From NCBI RefSeq assembly GCF_009914755.1, contig NC_060933.1: DNA of 64,000 nt. The stretch is one strand, 5' to 3'. Positions 50,793-64,000 of this stretch are shown here, piece after piece. Each line of letters starts with the position of its first letter. Positions within the stretch are counted from its first letter, which is position 1. Below the pieces are notes generated by a model. That model saw only the letters and a list, made by a program, of their open reading frames with translations. It was not told the origin of the DNA and did not search any database. Source of the DNA: the human T2T-CHM13v2.0 reference genome, Homo sapiens. Both the position numbers and the translations under genes were made by a program.

Positions 50793-51926
50793 TCCCTTGT
50801 CCGGAGCTTACCGCCACCCCAGCCCAGTCCCTGCAGAGGGGCCAGCAATGGGGCTTGTGTTGTCTCGTCAGCATGGGCACTCCTCACCACCGAGGCCACC
50901 TTGGAGCTGCGCAGCCAGTCACCCGCCTTCTCATCCTGGCTGGGCTCACTATGACCGAGCCCATGGCTGGAGACCCAGCTCAGAGAGCCTTGTGTGGAGA
51001 CAGCAGCCATGACATCAGAGCCAGCGAGGGAGGAGGGCGCTAGCTGCTAATTAAGACAATAGTAGGGGACATTTTGAGTCTGTGCTGAAGGAGAAGGCCC
51101 GTCATGAGCCACTGTGTGCCCCTAGATGACGTTAGAACAAATCCCAGACATTCCTCTGTTTCATTAAATATTCCACTATTTCTGAAGGGCTTCCTTTCCT
51201 TCTAAGTAACATAGCTGTAATACTGTTGTCACACCTTGAAAAATGAACAATTAACAGCATTTCCCTGGTATCATCAAATAGCCAATTGGTGTTCAGATTT
51301 TTAAATCGTTTTATAGGGTTGGTTTTTTTTTTTTTTTTCATTTTAAATAAGTATCAAACTGAGGCCCTCATATTTTAATGATTTATAAGGCTCAGAATCT
51401 TCTGTAATCTCTGGGTCCCTCCTCCCTCCGTTGGCTTCCTCATAGTCGCAGCTATTTAGGAAAGAGTTGTGGATTTCCCAGGGTCTGGCCCAGGCTCTGT
51501 CTCCGAGGATAACCTGGGGACCAGTCCCAGCTGCGATGCAGCTGCCCCAGCCTTGTCTCCTGCTCCTGAGTGTGGTTGGGAGGCCAGGTAGCTGGACACA
51601 GACTGGGGCTTCCTCTCTCTGTCTGAGTACTGCCCCCTCAAGTGGTCTGAGTGAGTCCCCTCAGCTCTGGGCCTCGGTTTCCCTGTCTGTGCAGGGCTGG
51701 ACTGACTAGTCTGTGCTGTCTCAGACACAGCCTCTCCCCCGACCCCCTTCCATGGAGGCTGGGGTTGGGCCAGAGCCAGAGAGCTTCTCCCAGGGAGGCC
51801 CCAGGCTGCTGGTGAAGCCGCAGAGGTGGACAGGGCACCAAGGTGTAGGCGGGCAGGAGCTGGAGCCTGGGCTGGGCCGGGAAAGGCCTGTGCTGGTCTC
51901 CGCCGCTCCCTGATCTAGAGCCATGA

Positions 51927-52070
<144 letters not shown>

Positions 52071-52450
52071 TAGTGCCTGCCGCGCTGTCTGCCCTCGGGC
52101 TCCGCAGAGCAGCGTCCTCCCTCTAGCTGGGTCGGTGCTAGATGCCTTGGGCTGAGTCCTGGCACAGCCCGCCTGTGGGTGGCCTGGACATGACCGTCAG
52201 CCTCGGTGGGCCTCTTTGTGATGTGGAGGGAAGGAGGAGGTGGGCCCTGGGTTCATGCAGGCCGGCTCCTCAAGGGACCTGGCTGCTGGATGGTTGTAGT
52301 TGCCCTTGGTGGGGTTGGGGTTGCTTAAAAGGCTGCTGCCTTCTCTTCTTGGGCACTGACAGAACTCTCATGGGCCCCGAGGTCTGCAGCCACCAGGGCA
52401 GTTTTCCCCTGGTCCTCCTCAGCTATGCAGGGCCCAGTGGGGAGGCCTGA

Positions 52451-52816
<366 letters not shown>

Positions 52817-54059
52817 TAGATTGAACAGGCTGGGCCTCTCCTTCCGATTGGACTGTCCCTTGTTTTAGAACGAACACTGGGCTGTGGGTTGAGAGGGGTG
52901 AGTGTGCATGGCCTCAGTGCAGGTATCAATCACACCTGCTCCACCCTCCACACTTGCCTCCATTGGGAGGGTGGAGCCCTGGCTCTGTCACCAGCTGAGG
53001 AGTGGGTGCGAGTGGGCTCTGGGTCCCCTTAGGCTCCCTCAGGGGCCTGGCAACTGGACCGTGAGGCAGGCTTGTGGCTCGGTGGCCCTCTGTGGATGCA
53101 CTTTGGCATCCCCGGGCCGCCCTTTTCTGTCCCAGGTCCTGCCTGGCCACACCCTCAGAGATGAGAGCAGGTGGCTCCTGCCAGCCACCACCCTGTCCAG
53201 GCCTCCAGACTGCCCAGCAGCGTGAGGGAGCCTGCAGGAGAGTTTGCATTTATGCGTGATTTCCTTTCTCGGTGTGGTTGCTCTTAGTTGCTCTTTTTTG
53301 GTTCTAATAGCAGCCAAGAGCTCTTTTATGCAGACCCTTTGTACTCTGGCCCTAGTTTGAGAAGGTAAAATGGTCCTTAGTCACGGCTGGCCAGGTTGCG
53401 GTAAGATTTTCCCACTGTTCCCCAAATCTGGAGCCCTGAGCTTGACTCTGGCAGAAGGAAGTGCCCAAGATGGGAGTCTAACCCTGCCCTCAGGGGACTG
53501 GTGCCAGGGAGGCAGGGATCAGGGCAGCACCTGGGAAGCCACCCCACAGGGCCAGCCTGACTACTGGCCAGCCAGGCCACTGTGGCCATATCCTCTCTGC
53601 CTGACCCTCCCTCTCTGAGTGGACGACAGTTCAGTTGGCCCCCAGGACTGAGAGGACCCAGGGAGCTGCCATGGTCCTGGTGCGTCAGAGCCCTGGAGCC
53701 CTGGAGCCCTCTTCAATGGGAAGAGGGAGGGGAGGCCCACAGCAGGAGCACACCTCCCAGCTGAAATGTAGTTGGTCCCTACACTGTGCTAAGGGGCGCC
53801 ATGAGGTGGGAAGAGATGCTTGGGGATGCCTGGTGTGGGCCCATGGACAGCCTGTGGCCTGGGTCCTGGCATGACTGTGTCCCCTTGCTCAGGTAGGGCT
53901 GGGGTATTGGGCAGAGTGAGGAGAGCAAGGCAGCCTGTGTTAGGGGCCTGGAGGGTGAGACAGTGGGAGGATGGTGGGAGGGCCAATCTTTCCTCAAGCA
54001 GGGCAGGCCACCAGGAGGATGGGCGCCCCCAGGTTCCAAGAGGAACTGTTGGCAGTTGA

Positions 54060-54308
<249 letters not shown>

Positions 54309-55261
54309 TAGGGCAGGAGAGCAGTGACAGGCGGGAGGACCTCCCTGGAGACCCAGCAGCAATGTCCAGGACTTGTCCTGCTTCAGTGAGATCCAGCCTG
54401 GGAAGGACGGTGGTGCTCCCCTGCCTGGCTTGGCCCGGGGTGTGCCTTTGCCCCAGACACCCCATGGGTCCGTCCCCTGCTGTCCACTGATTGGGCCACC
54501 TGAGGGCTGGGGGAGGACAGATGTAGATGCAGAGCCCCCTCCATCAGGGGCTCACAGCTTAGTCACAAGTTGGTGGGAGGAGGGTGACCAGGTGCTGGTG
54601 TGTCCTGGGAGGAAGGTGGGTCTGTGGGTGGGGGACAGATGGCCTATGGTGGGATGACACTGTGTGAGCACAGAAAGGCCTGGAACCTGGTGGGGGCAGG
54701 GAAGGACTGGGGGAGTGGCTGGCCCCAGGACAGGGAGTGCTGGGGACACCCTGTCGGCTCCTCCTGGCTGGCCCTGGCATCAGCTCAGAAGCTAAGCTGC
54801 CTGATTGCAGGTGCAGCACCCCAGCCACCTTGCTCTGTGACCCGGGCAGCCCCTCCCTGTGACTCTTACCGATGACCATCCTGTGCGCGCCCCCACAGAA
54901 GCCACTTACTGTGTTGCTTAGCATCTTCCCTTGGTTTTGGCTACAGAAGGGAGGGGAAGGTCTGGCCCAGCCTGGAGCACCCTCTGGGACAGTGTTTCCT
55001 ACTGGGCTCATTGTGCAGAGGTACTATGCCCACTCTTGAGGGAGGAGGACCCTCTCCCAGGCCAGAGAAGGCCAGTGGAGATTTACAGGAAGCCTTCAGG
55101 GAATACAGGCTGCAGGGAATACCATGTGTAGCCTGCCTTTCTCATGGGTGGGCCAGGCAGGAGAGGCAGCCAGTGCACTCCCAGGGCCATCCTGCAGCCA
55201 CCACCTCCGTCAGGCCTCAAGGCCCAGGGCAGTCCAGGGCGCCCCTGCCACCTCACCTTAG

Positions 55262-55810
<549 letters not shown>

Positions 55811-56239
55811 TGAGGGCTCAGGGTCCTAGGTCTCTGGCTGGGTCTGTGTCCTGGTGTGAGTGTGTAGGGACTGAGAAATGGCACCAGCCTCTCTGAAACT
55901 CCCATGGGGAGGGCACTCTGTGGGAGGAGCCCCTGACTCAGCCCCTGCAGTCCCAGCTTGTGTGTTCCTGGATGAGCCCTCAGCCGCTGTGCTGGGGTAG
56001 GACAGAAGAGCCTTGGGGAGAGCAAGTGACTCATGGCATGTCGCAGGTGTGAGTGTGTCACACAATAGCATGGGTTGGGTGTGAGTGTGTCACATGATGG
56101 TGTGGGGTAGCTGAGCCTTTCTGGGCTGATAGTTCCCCGCCAGCCTGGCACTGAGTGTCTCCAGCATCCTGGTGTGTGGACCGTCCTGGGCCACAGTTTG
56201 GCAGAAGCAGCATGTGACCCTCTCCTTTCTGTATCCCAG

Positions 56240-56608
56240 AATGCCTCCAAAGCCGTCCGACCGGAAGTGAATACTGTCGCCTCGTCAGATGAGGTGTGTG
56301 ACGGGGACCGGGAGAAGGAGGAGCCCCCGTCTCCCATTGAGGCCACCCCGCCTCAATCCCTCCTGGAGAAAGTGTCCAAAAAAAAGACTCCCAAAACTGT
56401 GAAGATGCCCAAGCCATCCAAAATCCCCAAGCCCCCGAAGCCCCCTAAGCCCCCAAGGCCCCCCAAAACGCTGAAGCTCAAAGATGGAGGCAAGAAGAAA
56501 GGGAAGAAGTCCCGGGAGTCAGCCTCACCCACCATCCCCAACCTGGACCTGCTCGAAGCCCACACCAAGGAGGCACTGACCAAGATGGAGCCGCCCAAGA
56601 AGGGCAAG
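56240..56608 (+). CDS. PHF2: PHF2 exon 12 (369 nt; Lys/Pro-rich low-complexity region)
   Basis: tcccag|AATGC...GCAAG|gtggga; NASKAVRPEV...PKPPKPPKPPRPPK...MEPPKKGK. Confidence 0.96.
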
Positions 56609-57404
56609 GTGGGACCCCCTCACCCTGACTCCCCACCTTATCACCAGAGGTGCTGCAGCATCTCTTGTGGGCCAGTCCCATGGAGATAGCTAGGGCCCAT
56701 TGTCCTTGTTCCCCAGGGGCCCCTGAGAAGATGTGGGGGTCTGGGCTCTTGCTGTGGGCTTGTATGCCCAGAAGATGCACTTCCTTGCCTGGTCCTGACC
56801 CAGTCCTGCAGCATCCAGGCCCAGACCCCCCAGAGTGGACAGGCTTTGCCCAACAAGCCACAGAGCAGTGGGCCTGAAGAGGGTCCCTCACTGAGGAAGG
56901 CAACACAATGTGTGTGTGCTGTGGCAGAGGTGGCACCCAAGAGGGCCACCTGGTGGAGGAGGCATGGTGGTTTTCCAGAAGGGGATGTCTAGTTTAGGTT
57001 TCCTAGCCAGATGAGCAGTTGCCAGGGGACAAAGAAGCCCTGGGTCCTCCCTGGGGCCAAGACATTGAGGTTGAAACCTGAAGGTAGATGAGGTGTCTGT
57101 GCAGAAACAACAGGGAGAATGCCATTGGAGGGGAGGGGGTTCAGGGGTGAGGACAAGAGCAGGGTGGCCCTGATAGTCTGAGCCCCTGTGGACAGTGAAG
57201 AGATGGGCCCAGCCCTGAAGACCCACTCTGACTAGAGGATCTTAGGTCTGGGCTTCAGGGACCATGAACCCCTGAAGCACCATTGAGTGTGAGTTTCTGC
57301 CAGGAGGAGGTCGTTATCTGCTTCCTGGGGGCCAGGAAACTTCAGGGCCGGCATCACAGGGGTGTAGTGGGATGCTTTTGTGTTCTCTTTCTCAGGGCAA
57401 GCAT

Positions 57405-58832
57405 GAATGAATGCATGAGCAAATGAATGGATGGCTAAATGGCTGGATGAATGGGTGAATGAATGAATAGGTGGATGAATGGATGGATGAATGGACGAAC
57501 AGACGGATGGATGAATGAATGAATCAGTGAATGGCTGGATAGATGGATGGTTGAATGGATTAACAAATGGATGAATAGATGAATGAATAGATGGCTACAT
57601 GAACGAATTGATGGATGGGTGGATGGATGGATGAATAAATGGATGGATGGGTGAATGGGTGGATGGATGGATGGAAGGACGAATAAATGAATGGGTGGGT
57701 AGATGAATGGAATAATGAATGAATGGGTAGATGAATGGATGAATGGATGGATGGATGGAATAATGAAGGGATGGATGGATGAGTGGGTAGATGGATGGAT
57801 GAGTGCATAAGATGGATGGGTAGATGGATAGATGAATGGATGCATGGGTGGATAGATGAAAGAATGGTTGGATGGTTGGGTGGATGGATGGATTGATGAA
57901 TAAATGGATGGATGGATGAGCAAATGGATGGATGGATGGAATGGATGGGTAGATGGATAGATGAATGAAAAAATGGATGGATGGATGAATAAATGGATAG
58001 ATGAATGGATGGAAAGGTGGATGAACAAACAAATGGATGGGTGGATAAATGAATGGATGGATGGGTGGATGATGAATGAATCAACAAATGGTGAGTGGAT
58101 GGATGAGTGGATGGATGGTTGGGTGGATGAATGGATGGATGAACAAATGGGTGGGTGGATGAATAAGTGGATGAATGAATGGATGGATGGATGGATGGAT
58201 AGACAGGAATGAATAGATGGATGGATGAATGAATGGGTGAGCAGATACATGGATGGATAGATGAACAAATGGATGGGTGGATAGGTGGGTGAATGGACTG
58301 ATCGATGGATAAATGAATGGATGGGTAGATGGATGAATGGGTGGATGATTGAGTGAGTGGATGGGTGGATGAATTAATGAATGAACAAATGGATGGATGG
58401 ATGAATGGATGAGTGGATGGGGAGATGGATAAATGGATGAGTGGATGGATGGATGGAAGGATAGATGAAAAAATGGATGGATGGATAAATGGATGGGTAG
58501 ATGGATAAATAAATGGATGAGTGGATGGATGAATGGGTGGGTGGATGAATGGAATGAACGAATGGATGGATGGGTGGGCGGATGGATGGATGGATGGATG
58601 GATGGGTGGATGAACAAATGCATGGTGCATGGATGGATGAATGAACGAATGGGTGAGTGGATGGATGGATTGGTGGATGAATGAACGGGATGAATGAATG
58701 GATGAATGGGTTGGCAGATGAATGAACGGATGGATGGATGAACGAATGAATGAATAAATGGATGGATGGATGGGTGGGTGAATGGGTACATCGATGGGTG
58801 GGTGAATGGATGCGTGGATGGGTAGATGGATG
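57405..58832. repeat. (GGAT/GAAT)n imperfect tetranucleotide tract, ~1.4 kb, in intron 12
   Basis: tgga/tgaa/tggg units; source of the 602-aa and other His/Pro/Ser/Ile ORFs. Confidence 0.96.
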
Positions 58833-58944
58833 GAGGCTTGAGCTGCAAGCACATGGGCCAGAAGAAGACAGGGAATCTGTGGCTCAAGAGAGTCCCACCA
58901 GCCCTCTATGTCTGCCTCTGGGTCACAGCAGCCCTTTTTTCTAG

Positions 58945-59064
58945 GCCACAAAGAGTGTCCTGAGTGTGCCCAACAAAGATGTGGTTCACATGCAGAATGA
59001 TGTGGAGAGGCTGGAAATTCGAGAGCAAACCAAGAGCAAGTCAGAGGCCAAGTGGAAGTACAAG
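58945..59064 (+). CDS. PHF2: PHF2 exon 13 (120 nt)
   Basis: ttctag|GCCAC...ACAAG|gtgaga; [40 protein letters not shown]. Confidence 0.96.
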
Positions 59065-59554
59065 GTGAGAAGTGCACATATGCATGCACACGTGTGTGTG
59101 TCAGCTTGGTGAGTGTGAGCAGAGGTGAATCTGTGAGGCCCTGTGTGTGTGAAGGAATGTGCAGACATGTGTCTGCTTGTCCTGAGTAGGTAGTGCTGTG
59201 GGGTGTGCTTACGTGGGTCTGAGGTGTGTGTGACCACCCATGGACTACATCTTCCTCTGAGTTGGTTGGGATGCAAGAGGTTGAATGTACACCCTGTATG
59301 TTGACAGTGTTTCCCTTCACGGTCCACACACTGGTTTTCATTCCCACTCCATGGGGGTCAGGCAACATCGAGGCACTGAGTCCATGGGGTGCAGGCCCCT
59401 GAGCACCCCGCAGTGGCCCGGGTGGCCACCAGAGCTATGGGTGACTTTCCTTAGTCGTGTTCCCAGTAGCTGCCTCTTCTCACTGACACTAATTGGGGTC
59501 CTGACCCCCCACTTCTGTGTGGGGCTCAGGGACGGCCCTGGTCTTGCTTTTCAG

Positions 59555-59673
59555 AACAGCAAACCTGACTCCTTACTGAAGATGGAAGAGGAGCAGAAGC
59601 TAGAGAAGTCGCCTCTAGCTGGAAACAAAGACAATAAGTTCTCTTTTTCTTTCTCCAACAAGAAACTCCTCGG
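59555..59673 (+). CDS. PHF2: PHF2 exon 14 (119 nt)
   Basis: tttcag|AACAG...CTCGG|gtatgt; [40 protein letters not shown]. Confidence 0.95.
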
Positions 59674-59719
59674 GTATGTGAGTGCCTGGATGGGAGGGGT
59701 GACCTCGCGCATAACCGAC

Positions 59720-59880
59720 ATCACACACACCATACATACTGCATCACACCCACTGCCTTATACCACACACACATTACACACACACTATGCATGCACTCTG
59801 CATCTCACACACACACACCACACACTGCATCACACACAACCACACACACTGCACATCACGTACCCCATAAACACACAGCC
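59720..59880. repeat. CA-rich tract just downstream of exon 14
   Basis: cacacac and ctgcatcacac motifs. Confidence 0.85.
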
Positions 59881-61727
59881 TTTGGCTGACACACCTCTGG
59901 GGACTCCTCTCCCTCTGAGCTGCTGACCTCACTGATTGCAGCCCTGTTCCTGGCACGTCTTCATCAGGCCTAGACACCAGCAGAGCCACATCCCTGCCTC
60001 CCACCACGCTCCACCTGTAGTGTGGGTGTGAGGAAGCAGACATGCCTGGGTGGGGCTGGGCTGGAAGATACAGCCAGCCTGCAATGAGGGATGGCCCCCC
60101 AGGCAGGGAGGGAGGCCGTGGGACTCCATGAGTGTTAGATGTTTGGCTCTTGTGAGCTGGTGCTGAGGACGTGCATGGGGGACAGGGTCCTGGCTCTCAG
60201 AGCCCGGTGGCCAGTGGGGAGGGCCTGGTGTGAACCCAACATGGGACCCTGGGTGCTGAGAACGTGACCCACCTGGGAGTCAGGAGGGCCTCCTGGAGAC
60301 GGCACTGAGCAGAGATTAGGGGGTGTGTTTGGGTGGTGTGGGCATGCTGGATGAGCCTCGGGGTGAGGCAAGGGGTGCGGAGGGCTGTGAGCCCGGTGGC
60401 AACCTCGAGAGCCTCATGGTTCCAGCGGCAACACTTGGGCCTGTGTGTGCTCCCGGTGCGTGGGACATGTCACCTGCTGAGGCCCCAGGCCTGGCCGGAG
60501 TCAGACAGGTCCCAGCAGGAGGGGCGGCCACTTTTCTGCAGCAGCCACTGACTAACTTGGCCAGGTTGTAGTTTCCTCATTGAAGAGATGAGAGGAGAAG
60601 GCCTCTTTCTGGGTGGTGGAGAAAGGGAGCAGTGCCCAGGCAGAGTCTTGTGAGTGTCAGGGAGCTCAGGGCAACACGCGAGGCCATTCAGCCAAGGGGC
60701 AGGTCTGCGGGGTCCTGTGGCTGCCCAGCTTCATGGCCCTGGGCGTGTCACTTGCTTTATCTGAAGCTCTGCTTCTAGGTTCCTGGGAAGCTATTAAACG
60801 GCATTCACTCTGTGACGGTGCTAGGGAGTTGACGATAGAGATGAGAAAGAGCGGTGTGACTCTAGCCTGTGGACACGTGTGTTCTGCGGCCCAGCCCGTA
60901 AGGCAGCGGGCTCGCCGCCCCTTCACTTAGAGCATTGGAAGCCACCTCACCTAGGCACTGTATCCAGGTGTCTGCACTTCCATTTGCTCAGAATTGGAGC
61001 TGTGTCTGTTTGAAGTTCCAGACTTTTCTGCCTCAGCCTGTTGTCCCTGCTACTATATAGAGAGAAACCTGTCCTCAAACCCCTGGGAAGGCAAAGGCTG
61101 GAGCTGCTTGCAGGCCAAGCTCTGAAGTAGTCCTCCTTCACCCAGGCAGGGAGACAAATTACACACTGTTTCTTAGACTGTTACATCTATCCTGTAGCCC
61201 TGGCCCTGAGTTTATTTTTCCAACATAGCTATGGAGAAAAAAACCAGGAAACTTGGGTCCTTTTCCGGTTAAAGACCAATTCAGCATGTGCCAGGATTCC
61301 TAGGCAGGCCCGAGGCGGGGCTTAAGCTTGTCCAGTGGCCCTGGGACAGTTGGGGGTCACTGTCTTGAGCATCTAAACTGCCTGGGGAAGGGCTCTCTCT
61401 GCCTGAATGTGGTGTGTGGGGAGGCACAGCATTGTGTAGGAGGCCATGGGGTTGGGGAGTGTCCCCTCCTGTGGGCAGATAGCTTCCCACAGTGGGGACT
61501 GAAGGCCCAGCCTGGCCTCCTGTCTGCAGAGGCTTGGGCCCTCTACCCTCCTCCCATCTCAACTGGGCCTGAGGCTTCTTCGGATGGAAATTCAAATAGT
61601 GGCAACGTCACCTGCCTCCTGGAGGCCATCCTGCCGCGGCCCTGGCAGAGGACCCCTCGGGAGGTCCTACCTGTCCGCTGGCTGTGGGGCTATGTGGATG
61701 CTGCTGACCCACTCGCTTCTGCCCTAG

Positions 61728-61906
61728 CTCCAAGGCTCTCAGGCCCCCGACGAGCCCTGGTGTGTTCGGGGCCTTGCAGAACTTCAAGGAGGACAAGCCC
61801 AAGCCCGTGCGGGATGAGTATGAGTACGTGTCGGATGACGGTGAGCTCAAGATCGACGAGTTTCCCATCAGGAGGAAGAAAAACGCCCCGAAAAGGGACT
61901 TGTCCT
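61728..61906 (+). CDS. PHF2: PHF2 exon 15 (179 nt)
   Basis: ccctag|CTCCA...GTCCT|gtgagt; [59 protein letters not shown]. Confidence 0.96.
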
Positions 61907-62031
61907 GTGAGTTGGGAGGGGGTGTTGGGGGAGGGGTGTGGGAGAGGCCCATCCTGCCCCGGAGAGGTCTTCCCAGGGTGGCTGGCTCCCCGCAAGGCCT
62001 CCCGCTGGACTGCCATCTGCTGTGCTTTCAG

Positions 62032-62102
62032 TCTTGTTGGATAAGAAGGCTGTGCTGCCCACGCCTGTCACGAAGCCAAAGCTGGACTCGGCAGCGTACA
62101 AG
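62032..62102 (+). CDS. PHF2: PHF2 exon 16 (71 nt)
   Basis: tttcag|TCTTG...ACAAG|gtgagc; [24 protein letters not shown]. Confidence 0.95.
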
Positions 62103-62691
62103 GTGAGCTGCCTTACAGGCCCCCCTCAGTCTCGGGGGGCATCTCTGGGCAGTCCCCAAGGCCATGGTTTGAGTGACTCCAGGGTGGTCTCTGGGGGTGT
62201 TTCTGCATGAGATGGCAAAGGGGCCCCTTACCCTCACCCCACCCTTTCATGAGTGTTCTAAGGTCACATCCAACTCTAAGACACAGTGGTCATCTCTGCC
62301 TGGGCGTGCGAGGGGTGTGTCCCCACTGAGCCTCCTGCCGGGGGAGGTTATTGGCATCTAGTGTATTAACTGCTTTCCTCCAGCCTGAGGTCCCTCTGGG
62401 GCTGCAGGCCCTGCCCCCGCCTCTCCTTCCAACCATGGCGGTGTCTCTTTACATGTGTTACACACTGGGGCTGTCTTGTGTAAGGGTTCCTTTGAACCAG
62501 AGTTCCTCTGTGAACATGGTGCACAGTGTGAAGACAGTTTGGTCCTTTGTGGTTCTGAGAGAGCTTTGGCACCCACGTCTGCCCTGTGTGTCCGTGTGTT
62601 GGCCATCCAGCCCGTCGGCTCCAGGGGCCTCTGTCTGACCCCAGCAATGTTCATTAGAAGAGCAGCGGCTCTTTAAAAATGTTAAAAAACT

Positions 62692-63024
<333 letters not shown>

Positions 63025-63121
63025 TTAGTCCCTGAAGGGAAAAAGTATCCTCCTCCCAACTCCCAGGCCACTTTGGTGGCCAGACCCTCCCCTGACCGAA
63101 GCCCTGTCCCTCGCGCAGCAG

Positions 63122-63282
63122 AGTGATGACTCCTCGGACGAGGGTTCGCTGCACATCGACACAGACACCAAGCCCGGCCGCAATGCCAGAGTCAAGAAGG
63201 AGAGTGGGAGCTCGGCAGCTGGCATCTTGGACCTGCTGCAGGCCAGTGAGGAGGTTGGCGCGCTGGAGTACAACCCCAGCAG
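63122..63282 (+). CDS. PHF2: PHF2 exon 17 (161 nt; alternative start at 63119 via CAGCAG acceptor)
   Basis: cgcagcag|AGTGA...AGCAG|gtgggc; SDDSSDEGSLHIDTDTKPGRNARVKKESGSSAAGILDLLQASEEVGALEYNPS. Confidence 0.94.
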
Positions 63283-64000
63283 GTGGGCCCCACCACCCGG
63301 CAGCACCCAAGAGCGGGGACCAGGCAGGCCCAGGGCTGGCCCTCGGCCATGATGGTGGGAGCCTGCGAGGCAGACGCACAGCTGGAGCCAGTGCTGAGCC
63401 GCCCCTGGGCCTGGGCAGAAGGGCACACCTCAGATGTTGGACTGGTTCGTCCCACTGGGGCTTTCCTTTCAATCAAGGGCTTCTTTTTCTTTTAATTTTT
63501 CGGGTAAATTCAGAACCACAGGTTTTCAATTTTATGTGCCGAGACTGTTGTTTTTTTCACGTGGAAATCTTTTGGGAATTTCCACATGTACTACAGACGG
63601 GTAACTCAGGGGGCAGAGGTGTAGCCCCCTCCATGGTGCCCCTGGGCCCATGTCGGGGGCTGCAGCTGCCATGGGGAGCACAGCCCTCCTGGTCTTCTTG
63701 ACAGCTGCAGATTCCCATTGCACAGATGGGGAAACCGAGGCTCTGAGGGCTTATACTTGCACGTGGGCACACTGCTAGGAAGCAGCAGAGGCAGGCCCAG
63801 AATTTCCATCTGCCTGATTGCAGAACCTGAGCTTGGGGGTCCTGGGGGGTTGACTAATGCTGGGCAGTGATATCTGGGTGTTTGCGGCTGGTCCCTTGTC
63901 CAGCAGTGACTTGGATTGAGGAAGATGGAGCCTGTGCTTGGGTCCTGCTCAGTTCCCAAGATGTGCCTCAGAGACTCTGTGGTTTCCAGAATCCATGGGC

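Noticed and set aside
57435-59368. 602-aa and 277-aa minus-strand ORFs; also possible HSATII/III or TGGAA-type satellite
   Set aside because: The ORFs arise from (ATCC)n low complexity. The unit is mostly tetrameric GGAT/GAAT rather than pentameric GGAAT, so this is a simple repeat and not satellite DNA.

Overview
This is primate, almost certainly human, genomic DNA lying entirely inside PHF2 (PHD finger protein 2, KDM7C), a JmjC histone demethylase gene on the + strand. Sixteen internal coding exons (canonical exons 2-17, about aa 33-783) assemble with GT-AG boundaries into one continuous frame. That frame covers the second half of the PHD finger, the JmjC domain with its atypical His-Asp-Tyr metal site, and the Lys/Pro-rich and acidic C-terminal region. 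Exon 1, the promoter and the last exons are outside the window. Exon and residue numbers assume 98 coding nt in exon 1, which reproduces the known H249/D251/Y321 numbering. The introns hold about 17 Alu elements or monomers, old antisense L1M fragments (some nested), MLT2A1 and MLT1 solo LTRs, and several long low-complexity tracts: (GAT/GGT)n, (CA)n/(TG)n and (GGAT)n. These tracts account for most of the long ORFs in the ORF track. I see no wholly new biological system. The best unexplained signal is an exact 38-bp copy of the start of exon 9 inside intron 7, flanked by a 17-bp duplication. It looks like a templated insertion and would read in the exon-9 frame if spliced to exon 7. Other leads are a second template-switch scar near 1 kb, a foreign insert inside an L1, and a phase-symmetric exon 4-5 block flanked by inverted Alus. 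Repeat subfamily calls and repeat boundaries are by eye and approximate.
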